A stretch of 63,990 nucleotides of DNA, filler included, from Craspedostauros australis (lineage: Eukaryota), in the NCBI GenBank assembly GCA_030167865.1. It is 20 parts of 20 records of this genome, joined end to end, with 100 filler letters (N's around TTAATTAATTAA, not from the genome) between each part and the next. Parts side by side here need not be neighbours in the genome. Positions count along the whole stretch, not along the records: positions 12,470 to 16,324 come from JALAGF010005083.1; positions 16,425 to 17,707 come from JALAGF010005084.1; positions 17,808 to 19,618 come from JALAGF010005085.1; positions 19,719 to 23,118 come from JALAGF010005086.1; positions 23,219 to 25,506 come from JALAGF010005087.1; 15 more parts are not named here. One strand, given 5' to 3'. Made by a program: the position numbers and the translations under genes. Shown here piece after piece: positions 12,370 to 25,606 of this stretch. Under the pieces are notes generated by a model. The model worked only from the letters and a program-made list of their open reading frames with translations, searched no databases and had not been told where the DNA came from. Every line of letters begins with the position of its first letter. Position 1 is the first letter of the stretch.

Positions 12370-15300
12370 NNNNNNNNNNNNNNNNNNNNNNNNNNNNNNN
12401 NNNNNNNNNNNNNTTAATTAATTAANNNNNNNNNNNNNNNNNNNNNNNNNNNNNNNNNNNNNNNNNNNNTTCATTGTTGGGGGCAACACGCATCTCGCAC
12501 ACTCAAAATTTGTCACTCTGCCTGGGAAACCTTTGACCGTGCGAGATGTGTGCACTCCGCGCGCGCGCAACACTTGTGATGTTGACATCTGTCGAAGGAC
12601 CACTTTCGATTTGCATTGTCCACGTCGCGTGCAATGATTGGTGCAAAAACAAGTCCATCCGGTCGAGGGTTGTGACATGTTGGTGATTCCTTCGGTNNNN
12701 NNNNNNNNNNNNNNNNNNNNNNNNNNNNNNNNNNNNNNNNNNNNNNNNNNNNNNNNNNNNNGGGATTGATCAGTGTTTGCAGATTGAGATGGTGGCGCTC
12801 AAGTATCAGATCGGTGTTGCCCCTGGCATCTGGCCTAGCACAAGTGTCCATTTGATTTTCATTCTTTCCATGCTTTGTGACTGACAGCGAAGGTATGAGC
12901 TTAGTGCTCGACTCGATTGCAGTGGACAATGATGATGGCGATAGTAGCATTTAATGACATGAAAGTCGCTGGATGGTCCAAGTGTTGAGGGTTCACACAC
13001 AGCAGTATAGCATGATGCATGCCATGCAACAGAGATGAAGAACAACTCCAACGCAATACACACCATGTGGTGTCAGAGTCTGAACCACGAATGCAATGTT
13101 CCCATACACGCACAATGCCATCACCGATGCACTTACCTGGTGCAGGGCACCCCATCTTCTGCATGCTTTTTGCAATCCTCCCATCGACCCTCTTCCAGTG
13201 TCGCCTTGCGCATGTGGACGACTGACCTGTAGAATCAACGTCTGCACGAGGCAACCGATCTCGCGATCGGCGTATTCCAACAACAATGGAGCCCACATGA
13301 CAGGGTATGTGAGCAGTCATCTCCCCTCTTCCAATATCTTCTCCTCAATTCTATCCATCGTCAGGCGCACCCTGACATGAAGCCAGCATACGTCTCAAGT
13401 CTAGTATATGCCATCTGGGATCTGTGCGCATGGCCGGTGTAGGAAGGCATTATATGGCCAAGGCCCAAGCTCCAACTACGTGGCAACCGACTTGTGTACG
13501 TCGCTGCTGCATATTCTGGTGTACGCAGAGCCTGACAGGACTGTTTCCATGACTGTTTCCATGACTGTACCGAATGCTGATCGCTGGATGCACTAAAACA
13601 CTGACATCGGCGCGTGTGTAGAGGCAGCATCTTTGCCCAGTTGCCAACAGCCAAGCTCTCGCAACCTGGGCACATTCCATGCAGACATATAGATGTGGCG
13701 CATCGCTAGTCCCATGCATTGTTGCCTCCTCCTCATGATCGTAGCCTGCGTTGCAACACATCTCACCTATTTTAGTCGTTCAACGCTGCCAAGCCGGATA
13801 CCCTGGGCGGCCAAAGCGCTCTTGTGGTATGATCGTTGCTCGTTGCATGTGATCGTCGCCAAGTTTCTGCCAAGTATTTGAACGGATTGACTGATGACAA
13901 TTGTGAGCCAAAAGAATCAATTCTGATGGTGCAGAGGCCGTCAGCAATGAACCGCGACCGTGCTCATGACATACCATTTCACTGTTGCCATTGCCCTTGT
14001 CATGGCGCATTTGACATGTTCCATTCTCCAATGATGCAGGTTGGGCACGAAGCCCGACACGCAGATTCGCATCAGCAATCTGGCCACCACACATATGCGA
14101 ATGAGCTCGGTTGTGATGTGTTTTCCTCAACTCTTGTGTTGATTGTACTGCATCTTCTTTCGGCTGTCTATCACTGTGGCGAACTCCTCACGCAATGGAC
14201 ACCACAGCTGGTGCTTGAGCTTTGTTCTCCTGATGAGGTGGGGTTAGAGTTTAATATAGATGGAGGGATTCACGATGACTGCTGCAAGGATAGACTCAAA
14301 CGGCAGTTGCAAATCTTGCCTTACTTGCTTGTAGGATGGCCAGTCAATCATGAGAGCTTTCATTTCCGTTCGGTGCGCTTACACCAACTACCTTGGCCCC
14401 ATGTGTTCATCCGCATCCTTGGGGGCATTGCCTGTGCTTTCTTCGTGGGCTACTGCCTGTACTTTTCTTGTCCCTACTTCCTCTTCCACGTTCTTCATGA
14501 TTGTTGCTTTCAGCTTATTAGCACACTGCTTTATTCACCTGATACATTTTCTGATTTGTCCGTCCTGGTATGTGCTGAAACATTCTTTCCTCCAGACACA
14601 TGATTCTTGGCATAGGGAACACACTAGAGAACATCAGAGATTNNNNNNNNNNNNNNNNNNNNNNNNNNNNNNNNNNNNNNNNNNNNNNNNNNNNNNNNNN
14701 NNNNNNNNNNNNNNNNNNNNNNNNNNNNNNNNNNNNNNNNNNNNNNNNNNNNNNNNNNNNNNNNNNNNNNNNNNNNNNNNNNNNNNNNNNNNNNNNNNNN
14801 NNNNNNNNNNNNNNNNNNNNNNNNNNNNNNNNNNNNNNNNNNNNNNNNNNNNNNNNNNNNNNNNNNNNNNNNNNNNNNNNNNNNNNNNNNNNNNNNNNNN
14901 NNNNNNNNNNNNNNNNNNNNNNNNNNNNNNNNNNNNNNNNNNNNNNNNNNNNNNNNNNNNNNNNNNNNNNNNNNNNNNNNNNNNNNNNNNNNNNNNNNNN
15001 NNNNNNNNNNNNNNNNNNNNNNNNNNNNNNNNNNNNNNNNNNNNNNNNNNNNNNNNNNNNNNNNNNNNNNNNNNNNNNNNNNNNNNNNNNNNNNNNNNNN
15101 NNNNNNNNNNNNNNNNNNNNNNNNNNNNNNNNNNNNNNNNNNNNNNNNNNNNNNNNNNNNNNNNNNNNNNNNNNNNNNNNNNNNNNNNNNNNNNNNNNNN
15201 NNNNNNNNNNNNNNNNNNNNNNNNNNNNNNNNNNNNNNNNNNNNNNNNNNNNNNNNNNNNNNNNNNNNNNNNNNNNNNNNNNNNNNNNNNNNNNNNNNNN

Positions 15301-16445
15301 NNNNNNNNNNNNNNNNNNNNNNNNNNNNNNNNNNNNNNNNNNNNNNNNNNNNNNNNNNNNNNNNNNNNNNNNNNNNNNNNNNNNNNNNNNNNNNNNNNNN
15401 NNNNNNNNNNNNNNNNNNNNNNNNNNNNNNNNNNNNNNNNNNNNNNNNNNNNNNNNNNNNNNNNNNNNNNNNNNNNNNNNNNNNNNNNNNNNNNNNNNNN
15501 NNNNNNNNNNNNNNNNNNNNNNNNNNNNNNNNNNNNNNNNNNNNNNNNNNNNNNNNNNNNNNNNNNNNNNNNNNNNNNNNNNNNNNNNNNNNNNNNNNNN
15601 NNNNNNNNNNNNNNNGAATGGAATAACACTGTCCCTGATAGTTTATCATCATGCACCTGGGACGGAAAGTCGTTGCACAAGTTGCTGTTCAAGGAAACCA
15701 CCTCCTTGGCAATGATAGGCGTCTGCATTCGTTCCCCGCGCAACCTTGTGGAAAATTCTACCGACATATGCCGATGAGCATCGCGGACAGTGCCGACATT
15801 CGGATTGCCCATGGACCAATTTCAAAGGTCGTACATGGGGGAGAATCCAATTGGCAGTGAGCTCTTGCCATGGTCACAAGGTCACAACCATGTTGGCTGT
15901 GGAGGCTGGGACCCAGTTCGCTCAAATCCGGCCAACTTGGTGTTGCAAGCCGGTTCAAAGCCGTTTTGATTGGCACTCCTTCCTTGTGGTTGTTGGAATC
16001 ACAATGATATCATCAGTTGCAGGAATATTATACCTTGTTTTGACATCTGGTGTCCTGAGCGTATATTGTGCATGGCCACTGGCCACTGCTGTAATAATGG
16101 TGGCAAAATGAGGAGGTGTGGCTGCAAGGAACCTTGCACAATGCCTCCTGCCTCCTCTTCTTGTTCCCGTTCCACTGCTGCTGGAGTTGTCACACCCTCT
16201 GTTGCGGATCGAATTGGTACTGCTGATCCTGATGTAATCAAGGATCCTGGTGCAGCCAAAGATATCAGGATTTGTACCAACGAAGGCACACAGTTTATGC
16301 TGGAACCTGTCTTCTGTTGACACCNNNNNNNNNNNNNNNNNNNNNNNNNNNNNNNNNNNNNNNNNNNNTTAATTAATTAANNNNNNNNNNNNNNNNNNNN
16401 NNNNNNNNNNNNNNNNNNNNNNNNCCCGTTGGTACCTCCAGGTCC

Positions 16446-16580
16446 CCCCAAAACTCAGATTTGACAGAGATTATTCTTCGGATCAACTTTTTCCGAACCA
16501 ACTCCGGAGGGAGGGGATTGATGTGGAGGTCAAGAAAAGTTCCCTCGGAAAAAAATCTCTGTCAAATCTGAGTTTTGGGG
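16446..16580. repeat. About 135-bp foldback/MITE-like element with 27-bp perfect inverted repeats
   Basis: ccccaaaactcagatttgacagagatt at 16446-16472 versus aatctctgtcaaatctgagttttgggg at 16554-16580, with imperfect inward extension. Confidence 0.75.
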
Positions 16581-16581
16581 A

Positions 16582-16665
16582 TACCCGGATTCGGCACAAT
16601 ATTGAGTGGTACCCGGATTCGGCACAATATTGGGTGGTACCCGGATTCGGCACAATATTGGGTGG
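16582..16665 (+). repeat. 28-bp tandem repeat (TACCCGGATTCGGCACAATATTGRGTGG), at least 3 copies, running into a gap
   Basis: Three adjacent units without spacers; the core ACCCGGATTCGGCA recurs near 16972. Confidence 0.9.
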
Positions 16666-17057
16666 NNNNNNNNNNNNNNNNNNNNNNNNNNNNNNNNNNN
16701 NNNNNNNNNNNNNNNNNNNNNNNNNNNNNNNNNNNNNNNNNNNNNNNNNNNNNNNNNNNNNNNNNNNNNNNNNNNNNNNNNNNNNNNGGTTTCATTTTTT
16801 CGACCATTTAAAAATTAAGTGGGTGTTGATCGTCATGGCAGCGTAATTACCGCGGCGTTTGTGTCTGGGCGGGTGAATTATGAAATTCGCGATCGAGTAA
16901 AACTCGGAATTAACGCGCGAGAGAATTTTTAATTCACGTCAGCCAGTCGGCAATCGCCGTTTTAGGGGGGAACCCGGATTCGGCAGATGAGCCAACATGG
17001 TGAAATGCTGATGATACCATGCGTGATACTGTGCATGGCATGACCCGAATGTATCAT

Positions 17058-17094
17058 CATACCAGCATACCAGCATACCAGCATACCAGCATAC
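17058..17094 (+). repeat. 8-bp microsatellite (CATACCAG) x4.5
   Basis: Direct reading of the sequence. Confidence 0.85.
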
Positions 17095-17807
17095 TATTGT
17101 ACCAACTAGCAACATGATAAAAAATGAAACCATGATTTACGGAATGCCACCGGTTGGGGCATCACAAAGATTGTGGTTAGGGTGATGGGGCAAATCCATT
17201 TTTAGTGAGTCGTAAAAATTATAAAAGTTATAATTCTCACCAGTAGTAGCGGTGGTGGCGGGCAGCGGGTTGGTTAATTATGCGTGGAAGCCATTCGGAT
17301 GGTTTTAATTAGCGCGGAGGGAAATTGTGCGCGCGACGATACNGAATTGTGTGTTCGATAATTTTGCGACCATTGCGACAAGAAAAAAATGTTTGTTTTC
17401 AGGGGGGAAATTCTCCAGTACTTTTTTTGTCTTGGTCGTGTCAGGATGATTTTGTGTTTCGTTTTTCCAAAAACTCGATGCATCTCCTACTCCGACGCGG
17501 GTCACATACTAGTATAGAGGGGAGGATGAAAACGCAAAGTGGAGGTTTGGGTAGCAATGGATTAACAAGTCGATAGGCAGACGGGGTTGGATGATGGATG
17601 ATGGATTAGCAAAGCGGTGCTGTGCCAGAGCGGAGTGGAGTTAAGTCGGGTGCGACTAAGTTAGAAGCGAATTGGCTCATGAGTCGTTCCTTCCTAATTT
17701 CAGCCGCNNNNNNNNNNNNNNNNNNNNNNNNNNNNNNNNNNNNNNNNNNNNTTAATTAATTAANNNNNNNNNNNNNNNNNNNNNNNNNNNNNNNNNNNNN
17801 NNNNNNN

Positions 17808-19618
17808 TCAGGGCGGATCATCTTCGTCCAGGACAACAGGTCTCGGTTGATCACTTCGTCGGCCGCACACCCGGTCGTTTATTCACCGGATTTGGCAAGA
17901 CAAGTGAGAAGGACATGTACTGCGGTGGAGCTGTCTTCGTTGACCACGCATCGGGGTACATCCACGTGGAGCCAGTGACCACACTCGACACCCATTCGAC
18001 GCTCAAAGCAAAGCACTCGTTCGAAGACACCTGCAGGGACCTCGGCATCGTCGTGCAGTCCTATCTANNNNNNNNNNNNNNNNNNNNNNNNNNNNNNNNN
18101 NNNNNNNNNNNNNNNNNNNNNNNNNNNNNNNNNNNNNNNCATCGTTTCCATGGCACGGACCATGATGATGCATGCATGCATTCATTGGCCACAGATCTAC
18201 GAACCCAACATCTGGCCCATGGCAGTCGTCCATGCAGCATACGTTTTCAACCGCGTCCCCAATCACACCACTGGATTGTCGCCATATGACATCTTCTCAC
18301 GGGTCCGATTCCCCCACAAGCACTTGCACAACCTGCATGTGTGGGGATCACCTGCATACGTCCTCAACAAGACTATCGCTGATGGCAAGAAGATCCCTCG
18401 TTGGGAACCACGCAGCGAACGTTACGTCAATATGGGACTATCTGCACGACACTCATCAACGGTTCCCCTACTTCTCAGCCCTCGCACTGGATCCATCACA
18501 TCCCAATATCATGTGGTCTTTGATGATTGGTTTGCCACCGTGGCAACTGATCCGAGGGAGCTACCTGACTTCGGATCGGACGACTGGGTGAAGATGTTTG
18601 GAGAAACTGAGTACCAATATCCGTTCGANNNNNNNNNNCTCCGTCTCCTGGAAGAAGAGGAAGCTCTTCAGCGAACAGACAGAGAGATTCGTCGAGAACA
18701 GCAAACGGATGAAGCCGATCACGACAACAGGCCTCTGGTACCGCTTGCGGATGACCCACCAGCTGCTCCCCCCACCCAAGCACCAGAGCAGACCGCTGAG
18801 CCACCAACAACTCCAAACAATCCATCACCAGATGTTGCTGAGGTCCAGCCACCGATTGCAACGCCATCCTCTGCTGTGCCATCAACGCCGTTGAATTCGA
18901 AGCCGCCTTCGCCAATTGCGAACTCGACGCCAGAGACTATTCCGTTCCAAACAAAATCACCTTCGTCACAAAATGAACGTGATGAACCTCCATTGGCCGA
19001 TGCTGATGACGAGGAGCTCCCACCACTACCAGACTCTCCCCAAGAGGGAGGGACGCCACCAATGCCCATCACGGCGCAACCGTCGCATAGACGTGCAACA
19101 ACACCTGCCAAGCCAAAGCGATCTACTCCTCGCAAGCCGTCGAAATCTCGTCAACAGAGGGAGCCCATCCGACGATCGGCTCGTATCATGGGACAGCGTA
19201 CCAGAGCGCCTCCAACACGCCTACACTACGATACTCTTGGAGGACGCTACTGCGACGATGATGGAGGTGATATCATCGTCCTTCTCACTGAAGAAGACAA
19301 CTCATCGACCGCCAACATCGACATGCTTGAGCGACCATCCATTCGCATGGCCATCCAAGTACGAGAAGACATCGCTGAGCAGCTTCACATGAACCCCCAT
19401 ATGGAATCAACCTTCGCGAGGGAGCTCGTTCCTCTACTTCACAGCATTGCCGATGATCTCAGCACCACCTACGGATCCAGCTCTGAGAACCTTCCTTTGC
19501 CACCAAGCATTCAGCAAGCACCAACTCGTCTTCAACATCTACTCCCCTTTGGACAAAGTCCATTCTTCAGCGTCAATGGAGTAGATGAGTGGCGTGTTCA
19601 GATGCGCCCGTGGTCGAA
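17808..19618 (+). mobile_element. Ty1/Copia family C (CoDi-like) integrase and long linker
   Basis: RVSVDHF, GGAVFVDHASGYIHV, WPMAVVHAAYVFNRVP, LHVWGSPAYVL, KIPRWEPRS, SQYHVVFDDWFATV. Confidence 0.9.
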
Positions 19619-20769
19619 NNNNNNNNNNNNNNNNNNNNNNNNNNNNNNNNNNNNNNNNNNNNTTAATTAATTAANNNNNNNNNNNNNNNNNNNNNNNNNN
19701 NNNNNNNNNNNNNNNNNNGCCCATGCACGTTTCTTCGCAAATCCGATTGCTGTTGCGCGATACACAGATGGCACTCATTGGTGGTGGATTGCTGCAAGCA
19801 GAGCAGGTGTGCGCATTCAAGTGCGTCATGCGGAGAACAGAGCAGTTGTGATTCGAAGACGGCGGAGCGGTCTATTTACACTCATGACTGAACACCTGGT
19901 TGTCTGATGTTTGCTTGTATTCATAAGGGAAGAGAGATANNNNNNNNNNNNNNNNNNNNNNNNNNNNNNNNNNNNNNNNNNNNNNNNNNNNNNNNNNNNN
20001 NNNNNNNNNNNNNNNNNNNNNNNNNNNNNNNNNNNNNNNNNNNNNNNNNNNNNNNNNNNNNNNNNNNNNNNNNNNNNNNNNNNNNNNNNNNNNNNNNNNN
20101 NNNNNTGCATGCGAAGAAATGTGCTGTTTCATTGCATTGCCGCATACCCAGCACTGTCGGAATGTGTGGTGAAGCGCGAGCATGCTCTTCTCCTTCCACC
20201 ACACAGAGAAAGTTCTGGCATTCCCGTTCTCAGCCTCAACTTGGCATCCTGATGCAAGGCGAGACCCAATGTGGAGGATGTGAATGCAGAACACCATTGG
20301 TACAGACGTGGTAAAAAAGAACAATGTCCTGTGCATACTTATCCTGAGGATGACGACAACATGTTTGTGACAATTGCAGTGTTGCTCTTCTCCGCTCGCG
20401 CTTGGGCTTGTTCCTTGACAACGGAATAGTGGTGTGCGCTATTTGCAGCCAAGCAATGGCGCAACATCTGACATTCGTGTTCGTTTTGGAAGAGCATCAC
20501 AGGTCTGGAGGACAGGGTGCAATGATTCTTGTATGGAAGCATGCATTTGTTTCCACCACAAGCATACATGTCATTCGCAAACTGGTTGGTCATGATGCAT
20601 CAACAAACGCGATTATCGATGTGCTCCAACAGTGTGCGACGGACCTGCGCCGGNNNNNNNNNNNNNNNNNNNNNNNNNNNNNNNNNNNNNNNNNNNNNNN
20701 NNNNNNNNNNNGGAAAGTGGATGCGCAAGCGCAGCCAAAGTGCACGTGCAGCGGATGTCCGGCGGATGC

Positions 20770-21420
20770 GCAACGCATGTGCATTGCAGTTGTGCGCGCT
20801 GCACCATGGACTTCGACTGCACATGCGCATGTACATGCACTTCGGCTGCACATGGTCTGCACTGCACATGCATTTCGGCTGCGCGTGGACTGCACTGCAC
20901 ATGCACATGCACTTGCACTTTCCGCGCACATGCACTTCACATGCAGATGCACACGCACTTTTCATGCACATGCGCACATGCACTTCACACGCAGATGCAC
21001 ACGCACTTTTCATGCACATGCACTTTCCGCGCACATGCACTTCACACGCAGATGCACACGCACTTTTCATGCACATGCACTGCACTGCACATGCACTTCG
21101 ACTGCGCATGCACTTCGACTGCGCGTGCACATGCACTGCACTGCACATGCACTTTTCCAGCGCCTGCATTTTCCCTGCACATGCACATGCACTGCACTTT
21201 TCCTGCGCCTGCATTTTCCCTGCTCATGCACATGCACATGCACTGCACTTTTCCTGCGCCTGCGTTTTCCCTGCTCGTGCGCATGCACTGCACTTCGACT
21301 GAACATGCGCATGCACTGCATTTTCCCTGCAGATGCATTTTCCCTGCGCATGCATTTTCCCTGCGCATGCATTTCCCCTGCGCATGCATTTTCCCCTGCG
21401 CATGCATTTTCCCTGCACAA
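20770..21420. repeat. Degenerate TGCA/CATG-rich simple-repeat array
   Basis: Dense tgcac, catgca and ttttccctgc units; spurious Cys/His-rich ORFs in all frames. Confidence 0.9.
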
Positions 21421-21767
21421 CTACAATTCCCACGACATCACTGTGACACTGTTCGGTCATGACTGTGACATAAATAATGTTCTAGATCTACACAAGACTG
21501 CATAGACTAACATCATTGATCACTGAAAAGAATCATAAAACGGCGAAAAGGATGATTCTGTTCAATTTCATCGCTATCTAATGGCCAAGAACACTAGTAA
21601 TTTATTTGATCCTCTGTTGTTTACTGCTTTTGAGCACTAAAAGTTAAAGTGGAAGTGACACCGTGATGGCAAGAGGTGGGATCGGATTCATGTCGTATCG
21701 GACATACACAAGACATTAAACGGACATATTTTTGCATCAAAATGCGAGACGACCCGGATGTGCAGAG

Positions 21768-21955
21768 AATGTGCAGATCATCGGGAAGATGTTGACAAAT
21801 GTGCGGATGCGGGGAAAATGTGCAGATCGTTGGGAAGATGCTGACAGATGTCCAGATGAGCAGTACGAATGTTGGCGGATGCGGCGTTGTGCACGAAATG
21901 TGCAGATCGCAGGGAAGATGTCGACACGTGCGCGGATGCGCGGAAAATGTGCATG
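21768..21955 (+). repeat. Degenerate repeat AATGTGCAGATCnnnGGGAAGATGnnGACA, 3 copies plus a partial
   Basis: Copies near 21768, 21817 and 21897. Confidence 0.7.
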
Positions 21956-23218
21956 ATGTGCAGTACACGCGCGAGGAATGATGTGTGGAGGATGATGTTG
22001 TAACGAACATGCACTGGCACCATCCGCATGCAAATAGCCTGCACTGCGCAGCGCGTTCGATGACAACCACACATGCGGAGAGGCGCATGACGTCGAACAT
22101 GTGCATGCGAATGTGTGAAGTGTTGGTGACAACTGAGTTGTGCAGAGCAAGAGTCGATTCACGACGTGCAGAGACGCATCACTCTTTTCGCAGGACGCGT
22201 CAACATCTTCGTCGAATGTGCACATCCTGCGCCTGTTCTGCAAAACGGTCATGAAGTGCTGGTTCGCATCTCTTTTTGCTCCCCCATGACACAATCACTG
22301 ATTGGTAATTGTGCAACGGCGTTCCGTCGGAAATTCTTTTCTCCACCGAAACAGAGAATACGATCAACTCAATCGCGCACCATCGACACATCCACGCCTT
22401 GACGAAGGAGGATCCGCCTCCGGCGCACATGCCCGCACTCCCCATGCAGTCATCGCAGACACAGTCGCAACAATACAGAAGTGCAACACCCTCTTGTGCT
22501 GTGGTGACGTATTGATGGCGATTTGACTTCTGACAATGCTGCATGTAGTGGTTCCTCATTGTTCTCCCTGACGTCGCTGTGTTGCTCGCGAAAAGAGGGA
22601 GAATTGTTCAGGTTTCTGCAGTGTGCATGGAGATTGCGACATCATTGTGAGATTATTGCACGGATGCCTTGTTCTTCCCCAACTCTTCGTGTGTGAGCGT
22701 CAACTCCAATCCAGCCGTTGCCACCACCCACGTCATACCATCCGAATGCGTTGAAGTACGACTAACGCAGAACCTCCTCGTGTCTGGCCATCGGCATCGG
22801 CATCACTGATCGCAGGTATCACACGTGTATGCGTATCGCAGCAGCACACACTGTCACACACGGCAAGCCCGCCGTGACACCAGCCAGTTGCGTGCGGGCT
22901 TGTGCACAAGTCGCGTCATCACGTTGTGCACTGCAGTGATACGTGAACAATCATGTCATCGCAACCATACCAGTACAATACAAGCCAAGATGAGCAGTAC
23001 TATTCGAATGACAATCATCTTGCTATTGCAACAGACAAGTGCAGAAGTGTCTGTACAATACACCACATCAATGGCAACTGGTTTGTGACCTGAATAGAGT
23101 GCGAGCAGAGCAGGGTGGNNNNNNNNNNNNNNNNNNNNNNNNNNNNNNNNNNNNNNNNNNNNTTAATTAATTAANNNNNNNNNNNNNNNNNNNNNNNNNN
23201 NNNNNNNNNNNNNNNNNN

Positions 23219-25506
23219 CAATATGGTGTTTCAGAACACCCGATTCCTGACACCCTTCCATTGCCGCTCCGACCATATCATCCACCATGTTCAGTCCAAT
23301 GCCGATCTGGGCTGAATGATGCTCCCCTTGTGTCGATCATAGATCTCCTTCTTTGTGTTCTTCGTGAACCCGTCGGAGATGTTATCCTCTGACTTCACGA
23401 ATCGAGCTCTCGCCTCCTTGTTAGCAATCAGCTCTCTGATGAAGTGGTTGCGTATATCNNNNNNNNNNNNNNNNNNNNNNNNNNNNNNNNNNNNNNNNNN
23501 NNNNNNNNNNNNNNNNNNNNNNNNNNNNNNNNNNNNNNNNNNNNNNNNNNNNNNNNNNNNNNNNNNNNNNNNNNNNNNNNNNNNNNNNNNNNNNNNNNNN
23601 NNNNNNNNNNNNNNNNNNNNNNNNNNNNNNNNNNNNNNNNNNNNNNNNNNNNNNTCGATCTCCAGATGATAGGCACTCCTTGCAGCAGGACCAGATGTCC
23701 TCCAACGCTGATGCGGTTGTCCTTGTCTCCAGCGAACTTGCTGTCGGTGTACACCACGATCTTCCATGCGTTGTTGTTCAACGGCTTGGGCTCCATCCTC
23801 AATCCGTATTCTCTCGTGTCNGACACGAACTTCATCACTCTCAGCATCTCCTTGTATGCNGTGNTCGTTGGTCCATCCAACACCTTNGTNAGNTCTCGGA
23901 CTGCATTCGCGATGTCTGGTCTCGAATGCTTCACCAGGTATAGNAGCATGCCCACNCCACTGCGGTATCTGCTGTGTCGATCCTTGTCGACCTTGGGTGC
24001 TTCACTGTTCCTCTGGATCCCTTGGCCTGGTGTGCCTGGGGTTCCATATCGTTGAAGCTTCGTCACATCGCTTTTGAATGTGTCCGTCATGTTCTTGATG
24101 ATGTGTGGCTGGTTCACCCAGCAGTTGGTTTCGCTCTCGTTGAACTCGATCCGGCAACTCAAGTAGTCTTCGAGTCCATCCTCGATCTTGATTCCGAATC
24201 GTTCGCGCTTGATGTCCTTCNNNNNNNNNNNNNNNNNNNNNNNNNNNNNNNNNNNNNNNNNNNNNNNNNNNNNNNNNNNNNNNNNNNNNNNNNNNNNNNN
24301 NNNNNNNNNNNNCCCTTCCCGATTCCGAATTAGCAGGCATGGGTCTACCTTGCTCTGCCGGAAACCAAGCTTGATCAGGATGTCCACAAGCTTCTTATTC
24401 CACTGCCTTGCGCTCTGAACCAACCCGTAGATGGTCTTCTTCAGTAGCAGGCATTCGTCCGGTTCATGCTCCATTCCCTTGGGGCATTGCATGTAGATCT
24501 CTTCCTCGAGGTCTCCATGCAGGAAGGCGGTTTCGAAGTCGATGATGATGCTGTCTGTCTTCAATAGCATCTTCATAGTCAGCATCACTCGGTATGTTGC
24601 ATCGTGGATCACTGGTGCGTGATGAGCGGAGAAATCCACTCCAGCAATCTGCGAGTATCCACAGGCAACCAACCTGGCGCGAAAGACTCCATTCCTCTTC
24701 TCCTTGAAGACCCACTTCGTCTTCACACATCGCCGATCCCTCGGCATCTTGTTCTTCTTGATCTTCTGCCAGACTCCTCGTCTCGTCATATCGTAGAACT
24801 CCTTATCGATGGCCTCCCGCCATTTCCTTCGCTTCGCTGGATCCGCATGATCCCAGCATTCCTCAAAGGTGGTAGGGTCCAGCATCATAGCTGTGTATGC
24901 ATGCTCGGACGTCTCGTTCCAATCCCCTCTCTCGACTCGTTGGTTCGCTGCGATGAATTCATCCAGCCTCATTCTCCCTTCCGTGGTGTCGATCATTAGA
25001 CTCGCCACATCTCGATTGAACATGGATATGTTCGAATGGAAGTCTCATTCGCCCGTAGTTGCATGGATCGTCTCAGCTGCCTCAGCTGGTTCATCGTTTC
25101 CACTGCTTGATTCCGAGTCGGATTCATATCCTGGTGGGTTGTTGTATGGGACCAAACCCCGTAGCATTCTTGACATCTTTGCCACAGGTCTCGCTGGGGG
25201 TTGCTCGATCTCTCTGCCTTCCGCGGCTTGTCTTCGAGTCACTCGTGTGTCGTCCCTTCCGGATTCATCGTCGTGTTCATCGTCCGATGGATCGTCTCCT
25301 TGGGCAGGTAGCAGTTCATCTTGCTTCGATGCATAGCCTGCTGTATCTTCGTAGTTGGTTCCGGGCTCTCTGCTTCGATCAGATGATACGGTCTTCGCTT
25401 CTCTTGCGATACTCGTGTCATGCTCCCAAGTAACCTTCGTATTGCGGAGTGCTGCTCCGGCATCGAAGTCGTCGTCTTCCAGATCCACCATTTGTGTTCT
25501 GTTGGC
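23219..25506 (-). mobile_element. Ty1/Copia family B (subfamily B') linker, RT, RNase H, PPT and start of the 3' LTR (LTR starts at 23252)
   Basis: KWVFKEKRNGVFRARLVACGYSQ, FETAFLHG, HSRPDIANAV; stop at 23291, then GGAAGGG-TGTCAGGAATCGGG. Confidence 0.95.
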
Positions 25507-25606
25507 NNNNNNNNNNNNNNNNNNNNNNNNNNNNNNNNNNNNNNNNNNNNTTAATTAATTAANNNNNNNNNNNNNNNNNNNNNNNNNNNNNNNNNNNNNN
25601 NNNNNN

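Noticed and set aside
14350..15812. Long ORFs listed in the ORF track
   Set aside because: They consist almost entirely of N bases
12471..16324. Possible decayed non-LTR retroelement (a frameshifted FKYLGR-like string near 13880 on the minus strand)
   Set aside because: It is one weak motif among many stops, with a 1-kb gap and no supporting RT or endonuclease motifs; left unassigned
16582..16665. 28-bp repeat as a CRISPR array
   Set aside because: The units are contiguous with no unique spacers, there are no cas genes, and the context is eukaryotic
20402..21505. Cys/His-rich ORFs as metallothionein-like proteins
   Set aside because: They are open in nearly all frames on both strands, a product of the TGCA simple repeat
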